64,000 bases of DNA, from positions 1,538 through 65,537 of the forward strand of contig CALLKZ010000019.1 in assembly GCA_938082345.1 (NCBI GenBank), in the 5' to 3' direction. The DNA comes from an uncultured Alphaproteobacteria bacterium. GTDB taxonomy: Bacteria; Pseudomonadota; Alphaproteobacteria; Puniceispirillales; Puniceispirillaceae. Positions 32,717 through 42,366 of the stretch are shown here, piece after piece. Every line of letters starts with the position of its first letter. The stretch's first letter is position 1. The notes under the pieces are model-generated. The model did no database searches, was not told the DNA's origin, and was given only the letters and a program-made list of their open reading frames with translations. The translations under genes and the position numbers were made by a program.

Positions 32717-33703
32717 TTAGACGCCAGCTTTATCTACCAGATCGGCAATCGAATTGTTGGGGCGTGCACCGATGTGCGAAATCACTTCACCCGCAGCGAT
32801 ACTGGCGATGGTTCCAGAATCTCTGAGCGAACGACCATTTGTCCGGCCATAAAGATACCCGGCAGCAAAAAGATCACCCGCCCCCGTCGTATCAACAACG
32901 TCGCCAAGCGGGCGGGCGGGAATTTCATGCCGGTCATCACCGCTGCCAACAAAGGCACCATTTGGTCCACGGGTAACCACCGCCTCGTCAACCTCGACGC
33001 ACAGGCGTGTAATTGCGACCTCAACCGTGCTGTCACAAAGGCTGGCAGCCTCATCCTCGTTCGCGAACAGAATATCGACATGATCCCGGGTAAATCGGCT
33101 TAGCTCTTCACGATGCCGTTCGGCGCACCACGGATCCGACAAGGATAAAGAGATACGTGCGCCGTGCTGGCGCGCCAGCTGTACCGCACGATCAAAAATC
33201 GCCGGGCCCTGCGGCGCATCATACAGATACCCTTCAAGGTAAATAATTTCGGCCATGGCGGCATCTTCTTCGCGAATATCGCTGGGTTGAAATTCAATAC
33301 ACGCCCCAAGATAAGTATTCATCGAGCGGGTCGCATCGGGCGTCACCAAAATGATGGATGATGCGGTTGGCGCCCCTTCATTCTGCGGCTCAGCGGAAAA
33401 ATGCACTCCGGCATCGCGAATTTCACGGATAAAGGAATGGCCAAGCGTGTCATCATGAACCCGCCCGGCAAAACCGGCGCTGCCGCCAAGCATCACAATA
33501 CCAACCGCCGTATTTGCCGCTGACCCGCCTGAAATCTCGCGTTGATCAGAAATGGCGGAATACAGCATCGCCGACCGATCAGCATCAACAAGGTTCATCA
33601 TCCCCTTGCCGATTTCCTGATCAAAAAGAAACTGGTCCTCACATCGCGCAAACACATCAACGATGGCATTACCGACGGTCAGGACATTTGTTTTCTTACC
33701 CAT
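32717..33703 (-). CDS. PfkB-family sugar/nucleoside kinase (adenosine-kinase-like)
   Basis: VGNAIVDV, GGSAANTA, LEGYLYD, DTTGAGDLFAAG. Confidence 0.88.
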   Translation of the reverse strand: MGKKTNVLTVGNAIVDVFARCEDQFLFDQEIGKGMMNLVDADRSAMLYSAISDQREISGGSAANTAVGIVMLGGSAGFAGRVHDDTLGHSFIREIRDAGVHFSAEPQNEGAPTASSIILVTPDATRSMNTYLGACIEFQPSDIREEDAAMAEIIYLEGYLYDAPQGPAIFDRAVQLARQHGARISLSLSDPWCAERHREELSRFTRDHVDILFANEDEAASLCDSTVEVAITRLCVEVDEAVVTRGPNGAFVGSGDDRHEIPARPLGDVVDTTGAGDLFAAGYLYGRTNGRSLRDSGTIASIAAGEVISHIGARPNNSIADLVDKAGV

Positions 33704-33889
33704 TACTCTTCACATTTTAATAACTTCAAACCCGCGGACGCTAGTCAAGTTGAACCTGAACTACAAGCCTAAATAAGCCGAAACGGGTAAATAACTAACA
33801 TTTGTAAAACGAGCGTTTGCGCTGCCGGTACCTGCTGGTTTATGGTGCCGCCGACCATTGGTGTCCTTTTCCTTTTTTGTGGCTCAATC

Positions 33890-34660
33890 ATGCAACATCC
33901 AGTTCTCATCCCGGTTCTAGCCGTTACGTTGTTGGCGCTGGGAGCTTGTGAGCATTCTACGCCAAACATCAGTGGCACGCCGGCATCACCGCCGGATACG
34001 ACTTTGAATTCAATAATCAGCGAGGTTGTGTCTGAGTTTTCGGTTGCAGATATAAAAACTGCTGAAACGGACAAAGATGATGGAACCATTACAGATACTA
34101 GGGCTGACATAGATAGGGGGGCCAACGCAGATACGGGCACAGAATCCGATACAGCAACGGATACGGCCACAAAGAAAGCAACGGATACGGCCACAGAGAC
34201 GAACATAACCGCACCTATTCAGCCAACACCCCAGCCCACCGAAACCGCTAATGATAAAGCTAATGATAAAGCTAATGATAAAACTGAAGATGGGGCTGAA
34301 GATGGGGCTGATGATAAGCCCATCACCGAAACCGTTACCGAGACTGCAGCATTAGCACCGCCGCCGCCACCACCAGCGCCGCCACCGCCACCAGCGGAGT
34401 TTTCCCCTGAAGATTTGGTTGGCGCGGCTCTGGCAAAGCTGGAAAATAGCCTTGGTGGGGCAGACATGTTGCGCCGCGAAGGCCAAACCGAAATCTGGCA
34501 GTACCGCACGTCCATCTGCGTGGTGGATTACTTTGTCTATCCCGGCACCAGCGGAAAAACGATCACCGGCTGGGCTTGGCGCACGCCAATGATGAACGGG
34601 ACGCTCGACCCAACGCTCTGCCGCCGTGAACTAGCCAAGCGCGAGTTGAATAATCCTTAG
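33890..34660 (+). CDS. Hypothetical lipoprotein with disordered acidic/poly-Pro stalk and small C-terminal domain
   Basis: Lipobox LALGA-C; T/D/E-rich repeats, PPPPPPAPPPPP; C-terminal LVG..L..SLG..D..RREG..EIWQY motif with two Cys. Confidence 0.75.
   Translation: MQHPVLIPVLAVTLLALGACEHSTPNISGTPASPPDTTLNSIISEVVSEFSVADIKTAETDKDDGTITDTRADIDRGANADTGTESDTATDTATKKATDTATETNITAPIQPTPQPTETANDKANDKANDKTEDGAEDGADDKPITETVTETAALAPPPPPPAPPPPPAEFSPEDLVGAALAKLENSLGGADMLRREGQTEIWQYRTSICVVDYFVYPGTSGKTITGWAWRTPMMNGTLDPTLCRRELAKRELNNP
34154..34318 (+). repeat. In-frame tandem duplications (24-bp and 12-bp periods) in the lipoprotein stalk
   Basis: gcaacggatacggccaca at 34154 and 34178; gctaatgataaa x3 (34247-34282); (g/a)ctgaagatggg x2-3. 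Confidence 0.85.
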
Positions 34661-34685
34661 GGATTCAACCGTCAGGTGCATATTC

Positions 34686-35345
34686 CTAAACGGTCTTTTC
34701 GTTGAACAGACAGAAATCATAAATTATGCAGGACGCACAGTCAGGCTTGCGAGCTTTGCAAGTATAGCGACCATGTAGGATCAACCAGTGATGCGCGCCC
34801 TTTTTCCATGTATCGGGAACGCGCCGTACCAGCTCAACCTCAACGGCGTCCGGTGTGCGGCCCGGGGCCATGCCGGTGCGGTTGCCAACACGGAAAATAT
34901 GTGTATCAACCGCAATTGTCGGATGCCCAAACGCCTCATTCAAAACAACATTGGCCGTTTTACGTCCAACACCAGGCAACGCCTCCAACGCCTCCCGGCT
35001 TTGAGGAACTACACCGCCATGTTCTGCAAGCAAAATTTCTGAAAGCCGGTGGACATTTTTAGCCTTGGTGTTGAAAAGCCCAATTGTGCGGATGTGATGG
35101 GCAATGCCATCCGGGCCAAGCGCAGCCATTGCTGTTGGAGTATCGGCGGCGGCAAATAACCCGCGAGTAGCGCGGTTTACACCAACATCGGTTGCCTGCG
35201 CCGACAGCACCACCGCAACCAACAGAGTATAGGCATCACTGTAGTTAAGTTCGGTTTTGGGATCGGGAAGCTGTTTTGCCAACCGAACAAAGCATTCCTC
35301 CATATGTGCAAGCTTCATCTTGCGGGAGCGGGCCGTTTTGGGCAT
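34686..35345 (-). CDS. nth: Endonuclease III
   Basis: LLVAVVLSAQATD, HhH motif LPGVGRKTANVV, C-x6-C-x2-C-x5-C Fe-S motif. Confidence 0.97.
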   Translation of the reverse strand: MPKTARSRKMKLAHMEECFVRLAKQLPDPKTELNYSDAYTLLVAVVLSAQATDVGVNRATRGLFAAADTPTAMAALGPDGIAHHIRTIGLFNTKAKNVHRLSEILLAEHGGVVPQSREALEALPGVGRKTANVVLNEAFGHPTIAVDTHIFRVGNRTGMAPGRTPDAVEVELVRRVPDTWKKGAHHWLILHGRYTCKARKPDCASCIIYDFCLFNEKTV

Positions 35346-35407
35346 GTGATCTGGCCTCTCGGTTCTAATTCTGTTTTTGATAGATGAAAATAGCTACTGA
35401 AAACAAA

Positions 35408-35455
35408 TATTGGGTAAAATTTTAAATGACCTATTGGGTAAAAATACTGGACGTC
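35408..35455. repeat. 13-bp direct repeat at 24-bp period in the nth/ribokinase divergent promoter
   Basis: TATTGGGTAAAAT at 35408 and 35432. Confidence 0.8.
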
Positions 35456-35507
35456 CCCAAAGAATGCCCTAATCTCATTTCTGTTTCAATTTTTCACGGC
35501 ATTTCTG

Positions 35508-36407
35508 ATGACCATCTTCAATTTTGGCTCGATAAATATTGATCTTTTCTACACGGTGCCTCATTTCCCGGATGCTGGTGAAACTCTGACAACGCTATCC
35601 CACCAGCGAACGCTTGGTGGTAAAGGCGCAAACCAGTCAATTGCACTCGCCAAAGCCGGAGCAAAGGTCATTCATATTGGTGCAATCAATGCCGATGACG
35701 CATGGATTCGCAGCGAAATGCAGGCGGTAGGCGTTGATACATCCCAAATTCAAGACAGTGCGCTGGCAACCGGACATGCGATTGTGGCGGTGAATAGCGA
35801 CGGCGAAAACCAGATCATGCTTTGCCCAAGCGCTAATCGGGATATTACGATGGAGGCCGCGCTGGCAGTGCTGAAAACCGCCGGTACCAATGACTGGGTG
35901 TTACTGCAAAATGAAACAAATGGCGCCAAAGAATTCGCCGAAGCAGCCCGCCAGCAGGGGCTGAAGCTTGCCTATAGCGCGGCCCCTTTTGAGGCAGAAA
36001 TTGTCTTGGAACTGCTGCCCCATACTGACCTTCTGGTGGTTAATGAGGGCGAGGCCAAAGCGCTGGAAACAACGCTTGGCAAGCCCGCATCAGAAATCGG
36101 ACTCGCCCATTTGGTGATTACGCGCGGCGGGGATGGCGCTGAATATTTTGGTGAGGCCGGACATCTGCACCAACCAGCTTTTGATGTTGATGTGGTCGAT
36201 ACAACCGGCGCCGGCGACTGTTTCTTTGGCTATCTTTTGGCAGCGATCGCCGATCAGCCTCTTACTGATGAATCCTTGGCTGATGCCCTTGCATCTGCCA
36301 GCGCGGCGGCGGCTTTACAGATTACGGCGGCGGGGGCATCGCTCGCTATTCCGCACCGCAGTGAAGTTGACGCCTTTCTTGAATCATACCGAGCCGAAAC
36401 GTCTTAG
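35508..36407 (+). CDS. rbsK: Ribokinase
   Basis: FGSINIDL, GGKGANQSIA, LLQNE, NEGE, DTTGAGDCF. Confidence 0.85.
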   Translation: MTIFNFGSINIDLFYTVPHFPDAGETLTTLSHQRTLGGKGANQSIALAKAGAKVIHIGAINADDAWIRSEMQAVGVDTSQIQDSALATGHAIVAVNSDGENQIMLCPSANRDITMEAALAVLKTAGTNDWVLLQNETNGAKEFAEAARQQGLKLAYSAAPFEAEIVLELLPHTDLLVVNEGEAKALETTLGKPASEIGLAHLVITRGGDGAEYFGEAGHLHQPAFDVDVVDTTGAGDCFFGYLLAAIADQPLTDESLADALASASAAAALQITAAGASLAIPHRSEVDAFLESYRAETS

Positions 36408-36562
36408 ATAAATAGGTTATGAATAATTTTTCTTTCAGCGGTTTTTGAGTACATAATTTGTTAAGCGCATAAGTCTTTATTATCTCTTTAGGGTCTTTAT
36501 ACTTCCTTACGGGAGTTTACCGCGAAACCTGCTTTTTTCTCCAACTTCTTGATAGCTGTGAC

Positions 36563-37522
36563 ATGGCCCAAAAACTGATCATTGATACCGACCCGGGCGT
36601 TGACGATGCCATGGCCATTCATCTGGCGTTTGCTGATCCGCGCCTTGAGGTGATTGGACTAACCACTATTTTTGGTAATGTCACCACCCGGCAAGCCACG
36701 CGCAACGCCCTGTATCTTGCCGAAATGGCGCAGTATAGGACAGTAATTGCCGAGGGCAGTTCAGTGCCGCGGCGGCGCACTCCCCAGCCGCCCGCCCATT
36801 TCGTTCATGGCAGTGAGGGCTTTGGCACCCTGCCAGCGGTTACCCCAAAAACCAGCGCCGACCCCCGCGATGCGGCCCGGTTTTTATGTGAAAGCTGTGC
36901 GGCGGCACCTGATGAGATTGTGATTTGCGCGGTTGGGCCCCTAACCAATCTGGCGGCGGCATTGGATCATGATCCGGCGATTGTTGACCATGTCAAACAT
37001 GTGGTGATCATGGGCGGCAGTGCAGCGCGTCACGGCAATGTATCGGACTGCGCCGAGGCAAATATCTGGAACGACCCCGATGCCGCTGATACGGTCTTTG
37101 CGGCCGACTGGAACCTGACGATGATTGGCCTCGACGTTACTGAAAAAACGCAGTGCACTCCGGATGATTTCACCACGATTGCCAAAACTTCGCCGCATAT
37201 TGGCGGATTTCTGGAAGAAGTTGCTGAATTTTATTTCGATTTTCATGAAAATAAAACCGGTAAGCGGATTTGCTTTATGCATGATCCATCAGCGATTATC
37301 GCGATAACCAACCCTGAATTATTCGGGTATGAGATGGCGCCAATCACGGTAACTTGCGACGGTGATGAAATTGGCCGCACGGTTGCTATGCCCAACACTC
37401 CAGAAAATAACGCCGGGCGGCGCGATGTACAAATTGCCACCGATGTTAATACGACAGCCGTCCGGCAGATGTTTATGAGCATTCTGGCCACGGCCGATAA
37501 GAAAATAGGACAGCGCGGGTAA
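36563..37522 (+). CDS. Nucleoside hydrolase (IU-NH/RihA-like family)
   Basis: IIDTDPGVDDAMA, GNV, VHG, GPLTNLA, MGG, AEANIWNDPDAA, GLDVT, HDP. Confidence 0.93.
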   Translation: MAQKLIIDTDPGVDDAMAIHLAFADPRLEVIGLTTIFGNVTTRQATRNALYLAEMAQYRTVIAEGSSVPRRRTPQPPAHFVHGSEGFGTLPAVTPKTSADPRDAARFLCESCAAAPDEIVICAVGPLTNLAAALDHDPAIVDHVKHVVIMGGSAARHGNVSDCAEANIWNDPDAADTVFAADWNLTMIGLDVTEKTQCTPDDFTTIAKTSPHIGGFLEEVAEFYFDFHENKTGKRICFMHDPSAIIAITNPELFGYEMAPITVTCDGDEIGRTVAMPNTPENNAGRRDVQIATDVNTTAVRQMFMSILATADKKIGQRG

Positions 37523-37557
37523 AACTGCGCGGCACACGAATTAAAGAGGGACCAATC

Positions 37558-38388
37558 ATGAAAGTTGCAACCGTCGATTACAAATCTGCCAATGCAGCGG
37601 CAACTCTGTCACAATCGCTTCGTGACACCGGTTTTGCCGTGCTGGCAAATCACCCGATTTCATCGGATCGAATCACCGATATTTATGAGAACTGGGGCCA
37701 GTTTTTTGCTGACACGAAGAAATTTGATTTCGCCGTTCAGCCGCCAGCGCATGACGGATATTTTGCCTTTCGCTCGGAAAACGCCAAGGATTCGCCGGTC
37801 AAGGATCTAAAAGAATTTTTCCATGTCTATCCAGGGTGTGATCTTCCTGAAGAGCTGACAGCAATCACCCGCACAATCTATGCTGAGCTTGATGCCTTGG
37901 GGCGCGAAATTCTGGGATGGCTCGACGCACAATCCCCGGTCGAAGTCGCCTCGCAACTTTCAATGCCGCTGGCCGATATGATGGAAGACAGCGATCAGAG
38001 TTTGTTGCGCATTCTGCATTACCCACCGGTTGAAAATGCCGAACCCGATGCAATCCGTGCTGCCGCACATGAAGATATCAACCTGATCACGCTGTTATTA
38101 TCAGGATCAAAACCCGGCCTGCAGGCCAAGGACGCTGCCGGAAACTGGCATGATATCGCCTGTGATGCCGGAATGATTACGATTAATAATGGCGATATGC
38201 TGGCAATGGCGACGGGTAACCACTACCCTTCGACAACGCACCGGGTCACCAACCCTGATGCCAAGCAGAATGAATCGCGCTATTCGATGCCGATGTTTTT
38301 GCATCCGCGTCCGAACGTGTTTTTGCAGCCCGGATTGACCGCTGATGATTATCTTCAGCAACGCCTTCGCGAAATTGGCCTAAAATAG
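37558..38388 (+). CDS. 2-oxoglutarate/Fe(II) dioxygenase, isopenicillin-N-synthase-like (DIOX_N + 2OG-FeII_Oxy), substrate unknown
   Basis: SLRDTGFAVL, LRILHYPP, HxD (AAHEDIN), distal His (THRV), RxS (RYS). Confidence 0.9.
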   Translation: MKVATVDYKSANAAATLSQSLRDTGFAVLANHPISSDRITDIYENWGQFFADTKKFDFAVQPPAHDGYFAFRSENAKDSPVKDLKEFFHVYPGCDLPEELTAITRTIYAELDALGREILGWLDAQSPVEVASQLSMPLADMMEDSDQSLLRILHYPPVENAEPDAIRAAAHEDINLITLLLSGSKPGLQAKDAAGNWHDIACDAGMITINNGDMLAMATGNHYPSTTHRVTNPDAKQNESRYSMPMFLHPRPNVFLQPGLTADDYLQQRLREIGLK

Positions 38389-38430
38389 CCGCATTAATTC
38401 AAATTTTAGGGATTTGTACGGCAAAGGAAT

Positions 38431-38466
38431 TGGACTGGACTATCAAAAACAGATTAGAATTAGTCC
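38431..38466 (+). promoter_or_regulatory. Candidate sigma70 promoter of the nucleoside ABC operon with overlapping inverted repeat
   Basis: TGGACT-N18-TAGAAT; GGACTA (38437) ... TAGTCC (38461) inverted repeat brackets the -10. Confidence 0.35.
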
Positions 38467-38551
38467 TTAGAGTGAGGTGCCTTCGTCGGTGCTTCATGGA
38501 TAAGTGGTGATTGGCAACTGCCATGAGCCCCACACGAACGGGAGAAGAATA

Positions 38552-39577
38552 ATGAGCTTTAAAAAAATGACTGTGGCTTCCGGTGTTGCTGCGGCGTTCA
38601 TCATGGCGTCGGCTAGCGCAGCCAATGCCTTTACCGCATGTCAGGTAACTGACGTTGGCGGCATTGACGATTCCGGCTTTAACCAGACCGCTTGGAAAGG
38701 CGTTCAAGATGCCATGAGCGCGTATGGTGTTGATGGCCGCTATCTGGAATCACAGTCTGAAACAGACTATGAGCCAAACCTCAATGCGCTTCTGGAAAGC
38801 AACTGTGATATTATCATTTCAGTTGGATTCCTGATGGCAGATGCCACAAAGACCTCGGCCGAAGCCAATACTGACAGAAAATTCTCAATTGTAGATATGG
38901 CCTACAACCCGACCGTTCCAAACCTTCTCGGTCAGGTTTATGCCACTGATCAGGCATCTTTCATGGCTGGTTATCTTGCTGCTGGCATGTCAAAGACTGG
39001 TATTGTTGGCACATATGGCGGCATTAACATCCCGCCTGTTACAGCATTCATGGATGGCTTCTACTATGGAGTCGCCCATTATAACGCCCAGAAAGGCGCC
39101 AATGTTCAAGTCCTTGGCTGGAACCCACAAAGCAAGGATGGCCTGTTTACCGGAAACTTTGAGAGCCTTGATGATGGCCGCGCCTTTGCCCAGAACCTTT
39201 ATGATGAAGGTGCTGACATTGTAATGCCTGTTGCCGGTCCTGTTGGCATGGGTTCAGCAGCACTTGCCAATGAGCTTGGTGTTGATTCGCTGAAAATCAT
39301 TGGTGTTGACGCTGACCAGACAAAGACTGATTCGGCCAACGCGCATGTCTATCTGACATCGGTTCTAAAGCGGATGGACAAAACCGTTATGCAGGTTATC
39401 AAGCAGGCTATGGACGGCTCGTTTGCTGGCGGCATGATTGTTGGAACACTGGAAAATGGTGGTGTGAGCCTGGCGCCATACAACAAGTTTGAAAGCGCCG
39501 TTCCAGCTGGTCTGAAAGCAGAAGTTGAGGCCGTGAAAGCTGGCCTTATCTCCGGCTCAATCAAAGTCGGCGGCTGA
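38552..39577 (+). CDS. BMP/PnrA-family nucleoside ABC transporter substrate-binding protein
   Basis: VTDVGGIDDSGFNQTAWKG, ASFMAGYLAA, IGVDADQ, TSVLKRMD; Sec signal peptide; SD GGGAGAAG. Confidence 0.92.
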   Translation: MSFKKMTVASGVAAAFIMASASAANAFTACQVTDVGGIDDSGFNQTAWKGVQDAMSAYGVDGRYLESQSETDYEPNLNALLESNCDIIISVGFLMADATKTSAEANTDRKFSIVDMAYNPTVPNLLGQVYATDQASFMAGYLAAGMSKTGIVGTYGGINIPPVTAFMDGFYYGVAHYNAQKGANVQVLGWNPQSKDGLFTGNFESLDDGRAFAQNLYDEGADIVMPVAGPVGMGSAALANELGVDSLKIIGVDADQTKTDSANAHVYLTSVLKRMDKTVMQVIKQAMDGSFAGGMIVGTLENGGVSLAPYNKFESAVPAGLKAEVEAVKAGLISGSIKVGG

Positions 39578-39591
39578 CGCTAAACAAGTTT

Positions 39592-39634
39592 TCCGCTGCC
39601 TCTCGTTATTTTGAGGGGCGGCGGATTTTTCTTT
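39592..39634 (+). terminator. Hairpin plus T-tract after the binding-protein gene (partial terminator or mRNA stabiliser)
   Basis: TCCGCTGCCTCTC-GTTATTTT-GAGGGGCGGCGGA-TTTTTCTTT. Confidence 0.7.
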
Positions 39635-39646
39635 GGATATTTTTTT

Positions 39647-41170
39647 ATGGATATTGAGCTTCGCGGTATCAGCAAGCGCTTTGGATCAGTGCTTGCCAAT
39701 CAGGACATTAACCTGACAATCCGGGCCGGTGAGGTGTTGGGATTGCTGGGCGAAAATGGTGCCGGAAAATCCACCCTAATGAACGTGCTTTCGGGACTTT
39801 ACCGGTCCGATTCAGGCGTAATTCTGATCGACGGCGAACCCGTTGAATTTAACGGCCCGGGCGACAGCATTAGCAGTGGTATTGGCATGGTTCATCAACA
39901 TTTTATGCTGGTTCCGGTCTTTAGTGTTGTTGAAAATGTTATCCTAGGGGTCGAGCCGACGGGAAAGGCCGACTATCTGGATCTGGCAACAGCGCGCAAG
40001 CAGGTGCAGCAAATCAATACCCAATACGGTATGCAGGTGCCAACCGATGCATTGATCGAAGATATTCCGGTTGGCATTCAACAACGTGTTGAAATTCTAA
40101 AAGTTCTGTTCCGCTCGGCCGATGTGCTGATCCTGGATGAGCCAACCGCCGTTCTGACACCGCAAGAAGTTGAAGAGTTTTTTGGCATCGTGCGCGCGCT
40201 TCGTGATGCTGGAAAAGCGATTGTTTTCATCACGCATAAACTTCATGAAATTCTGGAAATTGCCGACCGGGTTAGTGTTTTGCGGCAGGGCCGGATTGTT
40301 GGTAGTGGAATCCCGTCAAATTTCTCTGAGGCCGATCTTGCCGAAATGATGGTTGGACGCCCGGTCAGCTTTTCGGTTGATCGCACACCAGCATCGCCGG
40401 GCGATTCAGTTTTGCAACTGGTTAACATCAATCTGATTGATAGCGTCCACGAGCAACAACTGGAAAATATCAACCTTAATGTTTGCGGCGGCGAAGTTGT
40501 CGGCATTGCCGGAGTTCAGGGCAATGGCCAAACCGAACTTGTTGAGGCAATCACCGGCATCGCCAGCGTTGCCGGCGGTAAAATTCAATTCGAAGATCAG
40601 GACATCACCCGGATGAGTGTGCGCCAGCGCCACCAACTGGGAATCGCGCATATTCCCGAAGACCGCCAGAAATCAGGCATGGTCTCCAGCTTTAGTGTCG
40701 CCGAAAATATGGTGCTGGATTCCTATTATGATGAGCGCGTGGCAAACGGTGTGCAAATTGACTGGCAACGCGTCAATAGACAGGCTGCCGAAGGGTGCCT
40801 TAAATATGATGTTCGCACGCCAAATGTTTTTCTGGGGGCTGGCAGTCTGTCTGGTGGCAACCAGCAAAAGATGGTTGTGGCGCGCGAACTTGAACGTGAC
40901 GTTAAGCTTGTCGTCGCATCTCAACCTACACGCGGTGTTGATGTTGGTTCGATCGAATTTATCCATCAGCAGCTGATTACCTGCCGCGATCAGGGTAATG
41001 CGGTGCTGATCATTTCGTCGGAGTTGGATGAAATTATGGATCTGTCTGACCGGATTTATGTGATGTTTGAAGGGCGGATTACCGCCGAATTTGACAATAA
41101 GGGCGGCAGTGCTGACCGCAACAAGATCGGGCTGGCCATGGCAGGCGTCAAGAAGACAGAGGCGGCATGA
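39647..41170 (+). CDS. Nucleoside ABC transporter ATP-binding protein (CUT2/NupA type, duplicated NBD)
   Basis: GENGAGKST, ILDEPT, LSGGNQQK, QPTRGVDVG. Confidence 0.94.
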   Translation: MDIELRGISKRFGSVLANQDINLTIRAGEVLGLLGENGAGKSTLMNVLSGLYRSDSGVILIDGEPVEFNGPGDSISSGIGMVHQHFMLVPVFSVVENVILGVEPTGKADYLDLATARKQVQQINTQYGMQVPTDALIEDIPVGIQQRVEILKVLFRSADVLILDEPTAVLTPQEVEEFFGIVRALRDAGKAIVFITHKLHEILEIADRVSVLRQGRIVGSGIPSNFSEADLAEMMVGRPVSFSVDRTPASPGDSVLQLVNINLIDSVHEQQLENINLNVCGGEVVGIAGVQGNGQTELVEAITGIASVAGGKIQFEDQDITRMSVRQRHQLGIAHIPEDRQKSGMVSSFSVAENMVLDSYYDERVANGVQIDWQRVNRQAAEGCLKYDVRTPNVFLGAGSLSGGNQQKMVVARELERDVKLVVASQPTRGVDVGSIEFIHQQLITCRDQGNAVLIISSELDEIMDLSDRIYVMFEGRITAEFDNKGGSADRNKIGLAMAGVKKTEAA

Positions 41171-42366
41171 CTCAGAACCAGTCAGACATCAACCACAAGC
41201 TGCAAAAATTATTGGCACCAACGCTGGAAACCCGCACCGATAAGCGGGACATTTTTTTAGTTCCTGTTGCCGCGGTCATTCTGGCGCTAGTAATTGGCGC
41301 CGCCATTATGATGGCAACCTCGGTCGCGCCGGCAACCATACTACAAAGTTTTGTTGCTATGGCGCGCGGATCGGTTGGCTCGCTTCATGCCATTTCGGAA
41401 ACGCTGACGGCTTCAGTTCCTCTGGTTCTTGCCGGGCTTGGTATTGGCCTTGCTTTTCGTGCAGGACTTTTCAACATCGGTGCTGAGGGCCAGATGGTTG
41501 TCGGTGGGCTGGTTGCCGCAATCGTCAGTTTCAGCTTTACCGATCTGCCACTTGCAATTCACCTGCCGCTGGTGCTGATTGCCGGATTGGTGGTTGGCGC
41601 GCTTTATGCCGCTATTGCCGGATTTTTGAAAGCCGCCACTGGTGCGCATGAGGTGATTTCCACCATCATGCTCAATCTGATTTCGTTCCGTCTTTTAGAC
41701 TATATGCTGCGTCAGCCCTTTATTCAGAAAGAGGGGCGGTCTGATCCGATTTCAAAGGCTGTTCTGGAAACCGGCGAACTGCCACGCATTTTGACTTTTG
41801 TCGATGCTAATCTTCGGGTTCATGCCGGATTATTCATCATGATTGCCGCTGTCATCTTGGTTTATTGGCTGCTGTTTAAATCAAAGCTGGGATTTGCGTT
41901 CCGTGTTTCGGGGGAGAATCCCGATGCAGCACGGTATGCCGGTATTCGCTCTGGAGTGACCATTGTTTTGGCGATGGCGATTGCTGGCGGGCTGGCGGGG
42001 TTGGCCGGTGCCAATCAGATTAGCGGTGTGCTTGGCCGTGCATCCCCCGGATTTTCTGCCGGTATCGGGTTTGACGCGATTGCTGTTGCGCTGCTTGGCC
42101 GCTCGCACCCTGTTGGAATTCTGCTGGCCGGATTATTGTTTGGAGCGTTAGAGGCTGGCGGGCGGCAGATGCAGGTCGATGCCGGTGTTTCGATTGATAT
42201 GATCAGTATTATTCAGGCGCTGATTATCGTGTTTGTGGCGGCCCCGCTTTTGGTCAAGCAAATCGTTCCGGCATGGCTCTGGGATAGGGCTTCGAATAAC
42301 GCCGCAACCCCTGACGACGAGGCCAGCAAACCCACAAAGGACGAGAAGGGCGAAACCAATGTCTGA
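41167..42366 (+). CDS. Nucleoside ABC transporter permease 1
   Basis: FRAGLFNIGAEGQ, GAHEVISTIMLN, GENPDAARYAGI, GFDAIAVALLGR. Confidence 0.92.
   Translation: MTQNQSDINHKLQKLLAPTLETRTDKRDIFLVPVAAVILALVIGAAIMMATSVAPATILQSFVAMARGSVGSLHAISETLTASVPLVLAGLGIGLAFRAGLFNIGAEGQMVVGGLVAAIVSFSFTDLPLAIHLPLVLIAGLVVGALYAAIAGFLKAATGAHEVISTIMLNLISFRLLDYMLRQPFIQKEGRSDPISKAVLETGELPRILTFVDANLRVHAGLFIMIAAVILVYWLLFKSKLGFAFRVSGENPDAARYAGIRSGVTIVLAMAIAGGLAGLAGANQISGVLGRASPGFSAGIGFDAIAVALLGRSHPVGILLAGLLFGALEAGGRQMQVDAGVSIDMISIIQALIIVFVAAPLLVKQIVPAWLWDRASNNAATPDDEASKPTKDEKGETNV

Noticed and set aside
38389-38551. Possible purine/nucleoside riboswitch upstream of the BMP gene
   Set aside because: No recognisable aptamer core or expression-platform terminator by eye; an Infernal/Rfam scan would settle it.
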